From the human T2T-CHM13v2.0 reference genome, Homo sapiens: 64,000 nt of DNA. Below are positions 12,022 through 26,832 of the stretch, piece by piece; position 1 is the stretch's first letter, and each line of letters opens with the position of its first letter. A model generated the notes under the pieces. That model did no database searches. It saw only the letters and a program-made list of their open reading frames with translations, and was not told where the DNA came from. The stretch lies in NCBI RefSeq assembly GCF_009914755.1, contig NC_060930.1, one strand, 5' to 3'. Made by a program: the position numbers and the translations under genes.

Positions 12022-13030
12022 TTAAGTGTGGGTTAACTTATGGGAATTTTATACATAGCTAACTTCAGTCATTTTTCTGTTGATCTGTGATAGTTTCAGT
12101 TTCAAATGATATTTTCTGCCACTGTTCCTTGAAATTCAAATTTTGAGGGTGCTCATTATTTGGTACCCGGGCACTGATTTATTCATATCTATTAAAATAC
12201 ATATATAAAAACAAAAATAAAACACGAAGAAAAAAAGAAAAAAAATACATATACAAGTATACACGGTACAAAATTGTGTGCCATACTGTGTACTCATTCA
12301 TGACCAAAAGACACTGATCATTTGTAAGCTTATTCTAGTAAACTGAATAAAATAATATAGCTAATATTTTATACTTACTTTTTCTGCTCCTACTGAAAAA
12401 CTGGACATCTTAATAGTTACTTCATACTACCAATCTAGTAATAAGGTCTGGTGGCCCCAAAATGAAAAAAAAAAAAAAAAAAAGCGAAAGGGGACTGAGT
12501 ATTTACGTTTTTTAGCATTGGATTAAAAAAAAATAAAAAACAACATCAGTTTCCAAAGGCTAGCTCTGAACATTTTGCCTCCTCTTGACCTTAAATTGTG
12601 GGCTCACCCTGGAGAATAAATCTTAATAGTGAATTATACATAGCAACTTTGAAGACAAATAATATTAGTGCAGCCTACCCGTAATTACTCTCTTTTTACA
12701 AAGTTTCCTAAGAAAACAGAGCCAAAATGCTTAAAATTTAAACAGAAACAGAGAGAGTAAATGGCTGTGAAACATACACATATAGAAATTTATATTGTAT
12801 ATTTACATTTGGTCTAAAAGCAACTTCTTAAAATTCACCAACAGAAAAAAACAAATACATTTTTTGGAGAGAAGCAACAATGTAGGTAAAGATCACAGAT
12901 TGTTTAAAAGGCATATCTAAACATCTAAGAGACAGTCTTTGTTTAAATTGAACTAGGATTTCCTGGAGAGTAGTAAAATGTTGTTTCAGTATAGTGAATG
13001 TGCAAGTTAACACTTCAAGAGTGGGCTTCC

Positions 13031-13343
<313 letters not shown>

Positions 13344-13654
13344 GAGTGGGCTTCCTTTGGCTTCAAACTAAACAGCTGGACAGGGGATGCTACTTAATTC
13401 TTTTTCTTCCCTACCAGAAGGAGGAGGTGCTCAAGTATTTTTCTTTATTCTTTCATCTGTTTATCTGCTGAGCAATAGGGATCTTGCTTCAGGTTGGTTA
13501 ATCTGCTGAGCCATGACACATATGAGAAGGTTCTCTGGCAGGACAGTATGCTCTCCAAACAGAGACTATGGCAGTGAAAGAACCAAAGATATATCATCTC
13601 CCCTCTGAAGCCTCTGCTTCTTTGGGGTAGGAATTGGTCTATTAACTCTGAGCA

Positions 13655-13946
<292 letters not shown>

Positions 13947-15254
13947 AACTCTGAGCATTTTTAGGCACTAACATTCCAAGCGTCTGAGATTCCAAATAGG
14001 AAAGTGCTATTTTAAATGACTCTTTAAGCTACCATTACAGATAACTGTAAGAAATATTCAGGCCTGAAAAAATGTTCATTCATCACCAAAATGTGAATCA
14101 CTTCTAATTGATTTACTATTTCTGCTCTTCTGCTAATAACAGAATTTTGTCACTATCCACAAACATTCCAGAACACTTATCTTACAGAACAGAAAAGCAG
14201 TTGTCTATAGTAAAAACACTCCAAGTTTCCCTTACATGTCACACTGTAGAAAGGAAACAAAACCCATTTATTTTCTCAACTATCTTGCCTGTGATAGTCT
14301 GTGTACGATAAAATTTATAGAAAACTAAAATGCTAGAGTCCCTACAGACTTCAAAGATAATCTGGCCCACTGATTTCTTTGTAAGCTGAAGCCCCTTGGC
14401 GAATCTGATGGGAGCTATGAACCATTCTCCCTCCAGAAAAATGTATATGCATACCAAATATTGTATTCACTTCCCAGCATTTTAGAGACAACCCCTGAAG
14501 CCAACCTAGGCTAAGACCCCAGACCAACAACTCTGATCTAATTCCACTGCTTTGTTTCACATATGGAGACACCAAGTTCCAAACAGGGGATGTGGCTTGG
14601 CCATAATTGCTCGGCAGAAACTATGAGAAAGTAAACTGGATGAAACTGAAAATGATGCAGATAGCAACTCTGAACCATCACAAATCAGGCCTATCATTTT
14701 GCTAGGAAAGGAGAAAAGGTGAAGTGTTTCAAGAGGAGAGCTTTCTTTCATTTTAGGTTTCTGGTTGAGCTTCTCACTGGTTTTCTTCATCTTGCCTTCG
14801 GGCCAGGCCCATCCGTGACTTAAGGCTACCTTTTCTTGTGTTTGCTTCTGTAAATCAGTAAGACCTGCATAACCTGGCCACATTCAGAAAGGAGGGCAAG
14901 TGTGAGAGTGTGAAGTAGAAACCAGTTTTAAGGAACTGTAAGAGTTCTAAAGAACTCTAATTTGGTCACATAATGGATATTTAAGAAGTATTCTGAATCA
15001 AACACTGCTCACATATTTAAGGAAGTGGCAGTCTACTAAACTGTCACCGAGTAAAAGTCCTAGAGACTTGCTTTAATGATTAGATGGAACAAATTTTCAA
15101 CTACTGCATTCATCCGCACATTTGCAAATGGCTCATTCTTTTAAGAACTAAAACATTCATTCTGGGATTTTGTATTTGTGTTTAGTTCATTGCAAATTTA
15201 CTCAATATATTTCGAATTCAATTCAACAAATACGCTTAGGACATTCCAATGTGA

Positions 15255-15490
15255 CGGAATGGAAACGTGCATGGATTTTGGAGTCACTAAGATCCAAATT
15301 CAAATATTGGATCTGCTTTATCTAGACACGTGATTATTGGGCTCATTACTTAAGGGTCTCTGCGTTTCCCCATCTGTAAAGTGGGAATAATACCAACTAC
15401 TGTGCAAATTGGGTTTGAAAATTAGCAATAATATAGTCTATTGTAAAGAGGCTAATGCAGTATCTGGCAAACAGGGATTCCATAAAATGG
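15255..15490 (+). mobile_element. MIR SINE
   Basis: 'atggattttggagtca...tctctgcgtttccccatctgtaaagtgggaataata'. Confidence 0.75.
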
Positions 15491-16874
15491 TAATACTTAA
15501 AATAATGATTATTTATCAAATATCTACAAAGGACAAACTTCATCCTAGACCCTTCTCTAAAATCTGAATTCATAATATCAAAATGAATGAGGATTTAATT
15601 CATTCTTAAAATGACTCGAATACTTGCTAAGATTTTGACATATTAAAAACTATAACCATTATAAATGAAAAGGCCACTGTTCAAATGACTAGCTTTGCTA
15701 CAGTACAACTGTCAGTTTTTTGACCAAAAGGAAATTTATAATACCATTGGTGGGTTTTAAGTCTTTAGGTAAAAACTGTGTTTTAAAGTAACAGAACAAT
15801 AAGACAGCAATATAGTGGTTTCTTAATGACTAAAATCTTACATTACATATTATGGTTCAGTATTAATGTGCTTTCACACTACCTACTGAGTTTTCAGACT
15901 GCAACTACTTATCCTTTTCAAATTGCTATCACTCTCTTTTTCATGGGAGATTTCTTACAAATTCCTTGGAGAATCCAAAAATTTACAGTGGAAATTTTTT
16001 CTCGATTCCTTTTTTTTTTTTTAAAGAATAAACCTATTCAACAGGTAAATCTAAATAATTTTTAGCAGTTCTAAATGTAGAGAATTCATAACTTCTTATT
16101 GTAATTGAAAAGGAACATACAAAGCAATTAGTCACTTACAAAACCCACGTTCAACCTTCAAAATAATGACTAACTTGATAGGAGAGGCAAGACTTCTTTA
16201 ATTAAATACTAAAGTCTAGCCATTTGAGATAAGCAAAGCAGGTTATACAATCGTCTTCTGCACTCACAATATCCTTTTCTCCCTCTTGGAAATATATCAT
16301 TTTTCAGCAATAGTAGAACATGTAACAAAAAAAGTTACTGTACTGTAGAAAATCACTCTAACCACAAGCTAAGTTTTTGGCTAAGAGTTAAACTTCATTC
16401 ATTTGGATTTCACTAGTTTCACAAGAAGAAAAAGTGATTAACCCTAGTGTAAGTAAAATTCCCTTGAGAATATATTAGATTCTTAAGAAAACAAAACAGT
16501 AAGCAACCTTAGGCACTCACTTACATATAAATCCTTAGGGTGTTAACTGAAAAGCATTCCTAGCCATGCTAGAATAGGATTCTCAAACTTGAACACTGAT
16601 TACCTTTTTGAGAGCTCTCTGGACAGGTGTGCTCAGAAGCACTGGAAGATACAGGAGAGTTTGATACACATTCTGAGAAAGATGGGGTGGCTCCTGTGTG
16701 TGCATGTGGCCATCTAGCACAATCACTATTCAGCACGGGACTACATTTCCCAGGCCACTTCACCTCCAGGTGCAGCCACGTGACTAGTGCTCTACAAAGG
16801 AATATGAGAAAAGATGGTGCTTTACTTCAAGGCGACTGTGATTAAGAAGTGAGGTGCAGACAATTGCAAGATGG

Positions 16875-17297
16875 TGTTACAGGATGAATTATGTCCCCTC
16901 AAAATTCACATGGTGAAGTCCTAACCCCCAGTACCTCAGAAAGTGACCTTATTTGAAAATAGGACCATTACAGATGTAATTAGTTAAAATGAGGTCATAC
17001 TGGAAGAGAGTGTGCCCCTAATCCAATATGACTGGTGTCCTTATAAAAAGGGAAAATTTGGATACACACAGGAAAAGAGGGAAGATGATGTGAAGAGACT
17101 CGGGAAAAGGTGACCTTCTACAAGCCAAGGAGCAAGGCCTGGAAGAGATCCTTGCCTCACAGTCCGCAGAAGAAACCAACCCTGCTGACACCTTGATCTT
17201 CGACTCCTAGTCTGCAGAACTGTGTGACCACACATTTCTGTTGTTTAAGCCACCCAGTCTGTGGTACTCTGTTACAGCAGCCTGAGCAGACAAAATA
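16875..17297 (+). mobile_element. MLT1B/C-type MaLR solo LTR nested in an older MLT1 (flanks ~16600-16870 and ~17300-17480)
   Basis: TG start; 'gaattatgtcccctcaaaattca...aagtcctaacccccagtacctcaga...ctaatccaatatgactggtgtccttataaaa...tttaagccacccagtctgtggtactctgttacagcagc'; probable TSD GATGG. Confidence 0.88.
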
Positions 17298-18779
17298 GAT
17301 GGTGAGGCCAGAAGACGGAAGGCACCTGAGTTCAGGATTCCTGAATCACCTCTCAATAAAAGCACTTCACTGATCAGAAATACTTCCACTGGGCTGAGAG
17401 CTGAGCAAGAAAGGAAACTAGTTGTGTCAAACCATTCAATTTTGAGGGCTTATCTGTTATACCAGCTGTCATTACCTACTATAGGACCTAATTAATTTAA
17501 GTGGCAAGTAATTTTAAATTATTTTACATGAAAACAAACATGGACCTATCACATATCACAGGGAACAATCCATGTAAAATTTTAGGATTAAAAACACTTC
17601 AAAGAAAATTTGAATTTACAGGAAGATATTTTGGGGTAAATTCTCTCAAATCCTCCATAGGGTATAAATTTACTCTCTTCTGCCAATAGAAGTAGAATTT
17701 CCTCAAGAATATTAAACAAGTCACAATGTCAAAGTTGCTGGAACTTCAACTACGCCACATAATCCACTTAATTTTTTTTTTTTGAAATTAAGTGGAGCAT
17801 TTCTATCAAGTAGCCCAAGTATGTAAAATTTTACTTGGGTACTAAAGATGAGAACACTGTGAAATGAGTTATCAGCCTTTTCCAAAGTTCTCAATATTTT
17901 TATAATCAATCTGAAAAGAAGTCACTAGGTACAGAATACCTTCTGTTTGAATATGGACAAAAAATGTACCCTCTCTTATGACAGGGTAACTGATACAGAA
18001 TAAATACTGGATACCATTTTCCATTTTTGATTTTTTTTTTCTGACATGAAGAAAAAATGAAATGATAACTATCTTCGGTAAGACTTAGAGTTATAGTTCA
18101 AAATACCTCAAAAGCCGAGCTGGCAGCTGGCTTCTCATGTTTATAGAAAAGCTAGGATGATTCAGCCTGAGCTCAGAGCTCAATTTAGATCATAGCATCT
18201 GGATTCAAAACACATGTGAGATGTGGCAGCCGATTTTCAGGTCATGACTGATCCAAGACAGAGATTGCAGACCACTCACCAGCATTATTCCAAATGGAGA
18301 AAGTGCCTGAGAGAAACAGAAGTCTCAAAGGTATTTGGAAGCCCACTCCAAACTGTTAGGGAACAGGTAACATCAGCATTTTCTGCATCCAGCAGCTTTA
18401 AGCAGGTGCCGCAGAAGCCAAGGGCCTGAGGATGACACTGAACAGCTTTGTCATGACATTCAGCCTTGCCATGGTCAGAAAACATCCCTCACCCATGACT
18501 TCTTTCCTGAACTGGCTATTGTTCAGATTAAACTATGGGAATCTGGTAATAAATTGGAAAACCTCTGACAGCACACACTTCCTGCTAAGATCTGTGTTTA
18601 ACTTTGCTTTGTTTCGAAGAGAAAAACTGTAGTAAAGAAAAAGGAAAAATAAATGTAAATGCCCTTTTTCTTGATGAGAAGAAATCATAGTCACAGTAAT
18701 TCTAATATAAACTACACAATGAAATCTAAAAGAAGAGGGGAAAATCCCCAGCTCAGTTTCAATCTCTATTGGAATTCAC

Positions 18780-19050
18780 CTTGTGCCTTCCTTGATTTTC
18801 CTTGGATATGACATGTCCAGATGTGGGTGATTCTGCAGCTATGGATTTTATGTGCAATAAAAAAATGCTTCTCCTGCTGCTTTTCCTCACCTCCCCCCTC
18901 CCCCATCTCTTTTCCTCTCTCTCCTCCTTGTCTCTTTGTTGTGAATGTCAGGGCTGTCAGTGTCACAGTCTGACATGATTAGCGTTTCTGACATTACACC
19001 AAGAAGCAGACAGAGAGCAAGGAGAGCGAGCGGAGGGGAAGGCAGTTATG
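18780..19050 (-). promoter_or_regulatory. Candidate alternative promoter / first exon (minus strand)
   Basis: Repeat-free; purine-rich leader; cluster of TGACA/TGTCA motifs at 18946-18992; ends in donor-like AAG|GTGAAT after 18780. Confidence 0.4.
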
Positions 19051-19629
19051 AGTAGCCATTTAAAGAAGTCCAAGGAAAAAACAAGCACAACCACCTTTCT
19101 CTGAGGTTCCTTGATTACAGGGCAGTTTATAAATCACCTTGGATTTTTCTCATTTATCCTATTAGTCTGTTTTCCTGTTCCTCTGGAGATCCCTAAGGTG
19201 TGGATCTAGTCTGTGAGATCAAAGCCAGCGGCTCTAATAACAGATAAGACAGAATTCGTGATTCAGCGGATTCTAAGGTTGTGAAGTGTAACAATCAGCG
19301 CACTTTGGGAAGATAGCGCCAGTCCATTTCGAGTATTGATTCGCTGCACTTTGTCACTCTAATGATGTTATCTCATTAAAAGAGATAAATGCCCCACTGT
19401 TCTTCTAAGAGCATCTGCTTCTTACTCTTCTCTCTTTTTCAACAGCATGGCTCTCAGCAGCAGCACATTAAAATCAAATTGAAATCCAATGCAAGGCTTG
19501 GCTACAGAGCAGCTAAGGTATCTTTTTAATTGCTTTTTCCTACTCTCAACCCCCTTCCAGCTCCTCCACTACAGTCCTTCAAAGAAACAAGCAACATAAA
19601 GAGAAAGAGATGTAGAAAGTAATCATAAT

Positions 19630-19825
19630 AGAAAGCATTTGCTGAGTGTCTGTTACATAGGGACTCCACTGTGTCAACATTTAACTTATTCCTACCTTGT
19701 TAGATAGGTAGAACAATCCTCAGTTTGCAAATAAAGAAACGGAGTTTTGACTTTAGGTAACTTGCCCAAGATCATGAAGGTAGCGAGAGAATGAGCCACA
19801 ATTTGAACAAGGGTCCATTCAATGC
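19630..19825 (-). mobile_element. MIR SINE
   Basis: 'agcatttgctgagtgtctgtta...tttaggtaacttgcccaagatcatg...gagccacaatttgaacaagggtc'. Confidence 0.7.
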
Positions 19826-21677
19826 AAGTACTTTTTTTTTTTTTAATCTCCATTTCATTCATGGAACAAATAAGAAAATATGATTGCAACTTGATTAGAA
19901 TAGGTGAAAAAATGTAAAAGAAGGTAGCAATTATTCTTCAGCCTGCTAATAGCCAAGAACACAATGCCATAGGTTTTGTTTCAACAGATTTCTTATTAAA
20001 TAAAAAAGGTAGCAATTTTTCATAATGAATGTTTTATACATTATTCCTTTGTGTATCAGGCCTCTAAAGTACACATTATTAAAGTCTATTAAAGTCTGTA
20101 TTTAGCAGCATTACTAATGTGCCTTTGGGGAAATTATTACAATGAAACAGCATCAGTCTTTCACAAAATTTCAATTGTTTAATATTCCTTTTCTTATCTT
20201 CAATACACGTGTCTATTTTTAGCTATAATCAGACCTCATCCCAAATGCCGTAATCCCAGCCTAGAGCTGTCACAGCAAATTGTTTATGGGTTGGATTTAA
20301 GAAATAACAAGAAACACAGACATTGTTAATTTCACCCAACACTTTTTTTTTCATGATTGGTTGCAGTTTTCCTACAGTTCTCATTAACAGGTGCTCCTTG
20401 ATCACTATGACACGCGATGATACTTTATCTCTCTGGTTAGGGTTGGTTATCTTAATTAATTGCTTATATTTATATTTAACTGAAACTAGCCTCAAGATGC
20501 CACTTTATTAAAGTTTGAGAGTGGTAAGAAATTACAAAACTATTCCATTAAAAAAAATAGAAAAGAAAACCAAATAAACCAGAAGAACATATAAACTATG
20601 ATTAGTCAAATCAAATCTCTGCATTTAAAAGTAAACATCATTTACTAGATGTCTACTGGACTAGAAATATGTGTCTTCTGAACAGTAACTGAGGAGTTTC
20701 TGCAAATTATTCTGCAAATTGTAAATAGGCATCTCTACCTTTTTATTACATTAATTTTATCACACAGTATGAAGTTTTTTTAAAAACAAAGCCAATGATG
20801 TACATATATTCAAAAGCACAAGATTCTCTGAAAATATAGAAAATACTGCTAGGCTTATTTTACGAAGACAAAGGACAATAGGAAGCTGGGAAGAATACCA
20901 GCAAACAGCTATACGTTATAAGGCCTCTGTATCACAAAAATGAAGGGAAAATAAAGCCAATCTAAAGTATTACGTACTTAAATTAATAAACTGGATTGGA
21001 AGCAATCATTCCATTATAAATTTCCTTTCATACATAGCAATCCCACTGAGATGATACCTTTGTAAAATCAGGCAAAAATCAATTGTTAATATTCTAGAGA
21101 TGGACAAACCACAGATTAAGTACCTAAATAATCATGTTTCCAATCACCAATTAACTAAGTAGAATTCTCTTAATTGTATCTATTAAGGCCTACTAATTGA
21201 CAGAAAAAGGGCAGAGTTGAGGACTTGGAGAAAGAAGACAGAAGCATTCCTCTGCCTGATTCATAAAGGTCAGAATCCCCTGGCCGTTGTTGTAGGAACC
21301 CAGCCATCACCAGTCACAAAGAAAAAGGCAGCAGCACACTTTGAGTATCCAAAGGGCCTCTTTACTGAGGCTGCATGGCTGTTGTGGGCTTAGTCCAACA
21401 TGATGATGTAGGACAAGAACCTACCAGTTCAATCAACATGCAATTAAAACTCCTGATGAAGGACGGCCCAGGGCAGTCCATTGGTTTGGGGCAGGGGACG
21501 CAGAGAAGCAAAGCCTGTTTTAATTAAGAAAATACTAGGCACTCCTCTTTAAATCCTCAAAAAATGAGGATGAACAAGATTCCAAAACCAACAATCACAA
21601 TGTGTGTGAAAGTACCAGCAACAAGAATGAAGTGGGACTGAATATGTGCTTTCCTACAAATGAAACCTGTTTGATGG

Positions 21678-22086
21678 TGTAAGGAAAATGGATGAGCTGT
21701 GGTCAAGAATAGGCCGAGGCAGACATCTAGTCCAGCATGACTCAGCGAGTTTGGAGTGCAGGCACACAGCTCTGCCTGTTATGTAACCATGCCATGTGAG
21801 GTGCATTAAGTAACCACTCATGTGTGCTCATGCTTGACTCGGAGCCACTATTGTCTGTAAAAGGTATAATTACCCTGCTAATGCTGTATGTAACGGCTTG
21901 CACCTGTGGCTCATCCTCAGGCTTGTACCCATGGCTTGCTTGTGCCCATGGCTTGCTTGCACCCACAGCTCCCGTGTGTCCAGAGAATAAAGCCATGTTG
22001 AAATGCCCCCATGATTCCTTGACTGGTCTTTCAGCTGCCTGTCACTCATCCACCGACTCTCCTCCGACCTCAGTTAGAACCCGACA
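21678..22086 (+). mobile_element. LTR18A-like ERVL solo LTR
   Basis: TG...CA termini; 5-bp TSD GATGG (21673-21677 / 22087-22091); 'tgtaaggaaaatgg...gtcaagaataggccgaggcagacat' 5' end; TATA-like gtataat ~21863; AATAAA 21986. Confidence 0.85.
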
Positions 22087-22494
22087 GATGGTCAGTAGCT
22101 GCAGCCATATTTCAAAGAAGTTATCATGATTCACAGCTAGGCCTCTCAGACTTGAAATTATATTACAGTCATGTCAAAACAGATCCTTTCTTCTCTGGGG
22201 CCTATAGGGTCTTAACACAAAGTCCAGCTTTTCTATTCCGAAGACTTAATTTACCTCCTACCTCTTCAGACTCTCCTTCATCTTTTCTGACATTATCAGA
22301 TGTTAAGTCAGGCCACATGACCCTTTCACTCAAGACAAGGCATTGCCATATCCATATGACACGGTAGTGGGTGCACAGAGTCTCAGGGCTAGAGCTCACT
22401 TTGAGGTGCTCCAACACAATCATTCATCAGATGCTCAAACTCTCTGTACAAAAAGGTTCAGATTTTCAGCATAAGCCCTGGAACATGAAGACTG

Positions 22495-22862
22495 TGATAT
22501 GGTTTGGCTGTGTCCCCACCCAAATTTCAAACTGTAGCTCCCATAATTCCCACATATCATAGGAGGGACCTGGTAGGAGGTAATTGTTAACTGAATCATG
22601 GGGGTGGGTCTTTCCCATGCTGTTCTTGTGACGGTGAATAAGTCTCATGAGATCTGATGGTTTTATAAAGGGGAGTTCCCCTGCACATGCTCTCTCTTGC
22701 CTGCTGCCATGCAAGATGTGACTTTGACTTCACTCCTCCTCACCTTCCATCATGATTGTGAGGCCTCCGATGTAACTGTGAGTCCATTAAACCTCTTTTT
22801 CTTTATAAATTACCCAGTCTCAGGTATGTCTTTTATTAGCAGTGTGAGAACAAGCTAATGCA
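22495..22862 (+). mobile_element. THE1 (THE1C/D-like) MaLR solo LTR
   Basis: 'tgatatggtttggctgtgtccccacccaaat...gtctcatgagatctgatggttttataa...ccattaaacctc'; TSD GACTG (22490-22494 / 22863-22867). Confidence 0.93.
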
Positions 22863-23645
22863 GACTGCTTCTTGGAGAAGTAGACACCAGCCAGTGCTTC
22901 ACCACACACTGCTCTGAGATTTGGTGGTGAGCCATGCACACAAAGAGAGAACAACGGAAATGTGTTTCTGGTTAGACAGAAAGGAGGAGAAGAGATGGGA
23001 CTGACGTAGAAGCATTACCATAGTTCCATAGTCAAGATGACTGTGTACAAAGAGAAGTCTACGTAACTTAGGAAGCAATCCTCTGGAATGTATATGTTTC
23101 ATACATATTTACACACACACGCACACATTATATGCATGCACACATTTTAAAGACAAATGAGCGTTAACATATTCAGTTAATTATTTTAAATTTATCTTAT
23201 CTCTCTTTCATGCCAAATCGACCCTCTACTCAATTACATGGTAAGTTGTATTTTAAATTTGCACTTCCATACCTCTCAGAAGGGAGTTATAGTGCTATTT
23301 TCTTCCGGAAACTTCACAGAATTTCCCAGTACAAGGCAGGTGGAGACAGAGTCTGGAGGTCTAACTTGCCCTTTAACATTTCCATGCACCTCACATTCGA
23401 CAGGACTCAATGTACACGTAACAGAGGGGCTACAGTGGCCTGGTGCCAGCAATGTTTCTTTTTGGCTTCACAAACTCTATAAAAATGAAGTTTTTTGAAG
23501 AGCTAAGGGAAATTATTCCTTAAAAATGTAGAAAGTGAGAATAGAAGTGCTACAATGTCCAAGGGCACTCACTGACCAGGACTGAGGGTCCAGATTCTTG
23601 TTAGAGGAAAGCCTGCCACATATAAGACATAGGCACAGTCTAACT

Positions 23646-23995
23646 CAGTCGTTTTCAAACTCATCTCACGGCCCTTTTACAGGCTCACAAATGATCGCAG
23701 ACCCTAAAGAGCTTTTGTTTATGTGAGTTGTTTCTATCAGTGTTTACCATACTGGAGGTTAAACCCAAGAAAGTTTTGCAACATGAAGACACAGGCACAC
23801 ATCCCAGAAGTGATGTCATTGCATGTCACAGTCTCTTTAAACACCGTTGTGTATAGTCAAGAGAGAAAGGGTGAAACAGGTAAATTGTATCTTAGTATTA
23901 TTATAAAAATGGCTTTTATCTTGCAGGCAGACAGCCTGAAAGGGTCTAAGGGTGCCCCTCCCAAGGGTCCCTAAACCATAGTTTGGGAACCACTG
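23646..23995. mobile_element. hAT-Charlie DNA transposon fossil (Charlie4-like)
   Basis: CAG...CTG termini (cagtcgttttcaaact / agtttgggaaccactg); internal 'gaccctaaagagcttttgtttatgtg'. Confidence 0.65.
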
Positions 23996-24329
23996 GTCTA
24001 GTTCAAACTTGTACACATCGGCAGTGTCTTTGAACACGTAAATGAAGAAATGGCACAGTACCGAGTAAGAGGATGTACTGTTAATTTTTAAAAATTGAGG
24101 CACTGAATCAAATGATGGCATCTTTTTCTAGAGCATTTCTCTACTCACTACTGCCCCCAAACCATTAGTAAATTAAAATGATCCTTCCTGGTAATATGCC
24201 AAGCAGAATGACCCTAGGTCCAAATCTCTGTTTTGACCACTCTCTGTTTTCTATCTGCTCACTAAATATCTTCATCCATTTGCACCTCAAATGCAAAACA
24301 GCTAAAATAGTACTTATTTTTTAAATGTT

Positions 24330-25480
24330 TGGTTACTAATCTGGTTGTTAATGAAATACACAAATATTGTAGAAAAGCTGAAAATACCAAAAAGTATTTT
24401 TTAAAAAAGAAAGAAAGGTGTCCTATGTTTCCACCCTCTGGGAAGGCCATGGTCAACATTCTGGGCAATAGCCTTCCGGTCTTTTTATCATGTATATTTT
24501 AAAAATGCAATGAAGTTCATATTTTAAAGATAATTAGTATATTTTATTTAAAAATATTTTTAGTATGAAAGAAATGCACATTGCTTAAGAAAATCTAGAA
24601 CATACAAGCAAAATAAAGATAATGCTCATAATATGTTGATGTGTATAAGCAATCTTTATTCTGTGTGCATACTGTACCTTTTTTTAAAAAATGAAATGAT
24701 TAGACTGCACATGCTGTTATATAACTTGTCTTCTTCGCAATTTATTTAGAACATCTTTTTATGTCACTCAGTATTCCTCAATCCCTCCTTGGCATTTTTA
24801 TTATATGGCTGTACTATGGTTATTCAAAAATTACTATTTTAAGAATATTGTGATGAACATTTTAGCTAAACTTCTGAACACATCCATGGCGGTTCTCTTT
24901 GAGTTAATGTTCTAGAAATGGAAATTCTGGGACAAAAGGTATGTCAATTTTTTAGGCGTTGATACACCTTATTTAAGTCCCCTTAAGAAAGGTGTTCTTT
25001 CATTAACTGTGTATGACAGAGCCTGATGTTCCCTACTCCCAACTTCACTGGGTAAATGTTACAAATCTTCATCAATTGTATAGGTGAAAAATACTATCTC
25101 ATCATTTTAATTTGCATTTCTTTGATTGCTGTTGAGGTTGAACATTTTTCTTCTATTTTGTTGATCATATTTCTTTCTTTGTTGGTCTTACCTTTCTGTT
25201 CTTGGCCCATTTTCTATTAGTGTAATTATCTTTATGTTATAAATCTATATTAATTTGTAAGAACTCTTAATAACTCTTTCTCATACATGGGTAAATACTG
25301 CCCCAGCTTGTCTTTTATCTTTCAGAATAGTTCAGAATGTCTTTTGATTGAAAGAAGTTCTGAGGTGTTACATAGCTAAGTACATTCTCTTCCTTGATAA
25401 TTTCTGACACTAGAAATTAATAAGGCCTTCTTTATTCTAAGATCATTTAATTTTTAGTTGTATTTTCTTCCATGTCACAA
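24330..25480 (-). mobile_element. Old L1ME-type fragments
   Basis: AT-rich, with reverse L1 ORF2-end motifs ('ttttaatttgcatttctttgattgctgttgaggttgaacattttt', 'cttggcccattttctatt'). Confidence 0.7.
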
Positions 25481-26832
25481 GTTTAGACCTTGCAATAGCT
25501 CTTCAAAGTCTGCCACAAGGAGGACCTGGCCAATGCCTTCAGAAAAATGACTGTTGAGGCTTATTAAATATAGATTGGACATTTGGTGAAACAAACCATT
25601 GAGGGTGTCCTGGAAAGGAGAGAGATCTTTTATGTTTATTATTCACCAATTCCTTACACAACCTCCAGTAGCTCTGTTAACTTGCTCTTTAAGAAGTTTA
25701 AAATGAAAAAAGTGTTCATATTAGGTTTATGTTAAAATATTAAACCAGTGGGCGTGATGACTCTTCTTACCTTTGCCAGAACAGCAGCTGTCTTAGATAG
25801 AAAATACCTTTGCTACGTTCATAATGTATTTCTTGCAAGCACAGTGCATGGCATATAGTATGCACTTGACAAATATGTGTTGGAGCTGATGTTTTACCAA
25901 CTAGAGCTCTGTATATGCCAGGTTTGGGGTGAGAGAGGCAGGGATAATAAAGTCTGGACTTCACAGCTTCATATGAAGGAGGTGCAATGAAAGAAAAACT
26001 CCAAATGAAGGTAGAAACTAAATTTCAGTTTTACTTTTTAGTTGACTGTAGAGATACTGATCTGCGTGTAAACGTGAAACTGCCTCAGACCTGGGACAGT
26101 AGGATGTGGTGCTGAATACTGGAAAATATTCAGAGAAAAAAAAATTCTGCTGGGCAGATCATTAAGCAAAACAGTGGCATCCACCCACTAAAAGAGACAA
26201 GGGGCACTACTCTACTTCATTTGGATGCTTTGGCATTTGTCCAAAGCAATAAAAATCAGATCCAGCTTGATCTGAACATAACAAGTAAGAAACAGTTCTC
26301 AAGAAGATCCTTTTTCATGATGGGGGAAGAGAGAGGGTCATTTTGTATAATAATGGAAAAATCAATTATTTTTCAATCAGATGGAGTGTCCTCATAAATT
26401 TAAAGCACAGAACAGCATGTGACATGCCTTCATAAAAAACAATGACCATGAGGGAGAAGAGTAAAGGATCATAATCCCAAAGTTGCTACTAAGAAGGAAA
26501 GATCTTTCAAGAGGAGAACAACACTTTTCTTGCTAGTGTGTTTTCTGTGAATGTACACAGTGGTCAGTATGCACTGAATGTACACCATCCTGCACAATTT
26601 GCCTCTACAGAATCCTGTTCAATTGGCTTCCCATTTGGCTATGGCTTTTAAGTGACACACTGAAATCCTTTCTCTATAGCATGATAATGCAGCAGTAACA
26701 CAGATAAACCAGAAATGTTGGTTTTTCTTACTGGCAAATATACTATATGTAATATATATTTACACATATTAGCAAGAAAATAACCAAGAAAGTAGTAGAA
26801 ATACTTTTGACAGAATTTAAAAGTTAAATTTT

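Noticed and set aside
16870-22091. The same GATGG target duplication at two LTRs (MLT1 and LTR18A)
   Set aside because: Different families and ages; the MLT1 3' boundary is ambiguous; a 5-mer coincidence is sufficient
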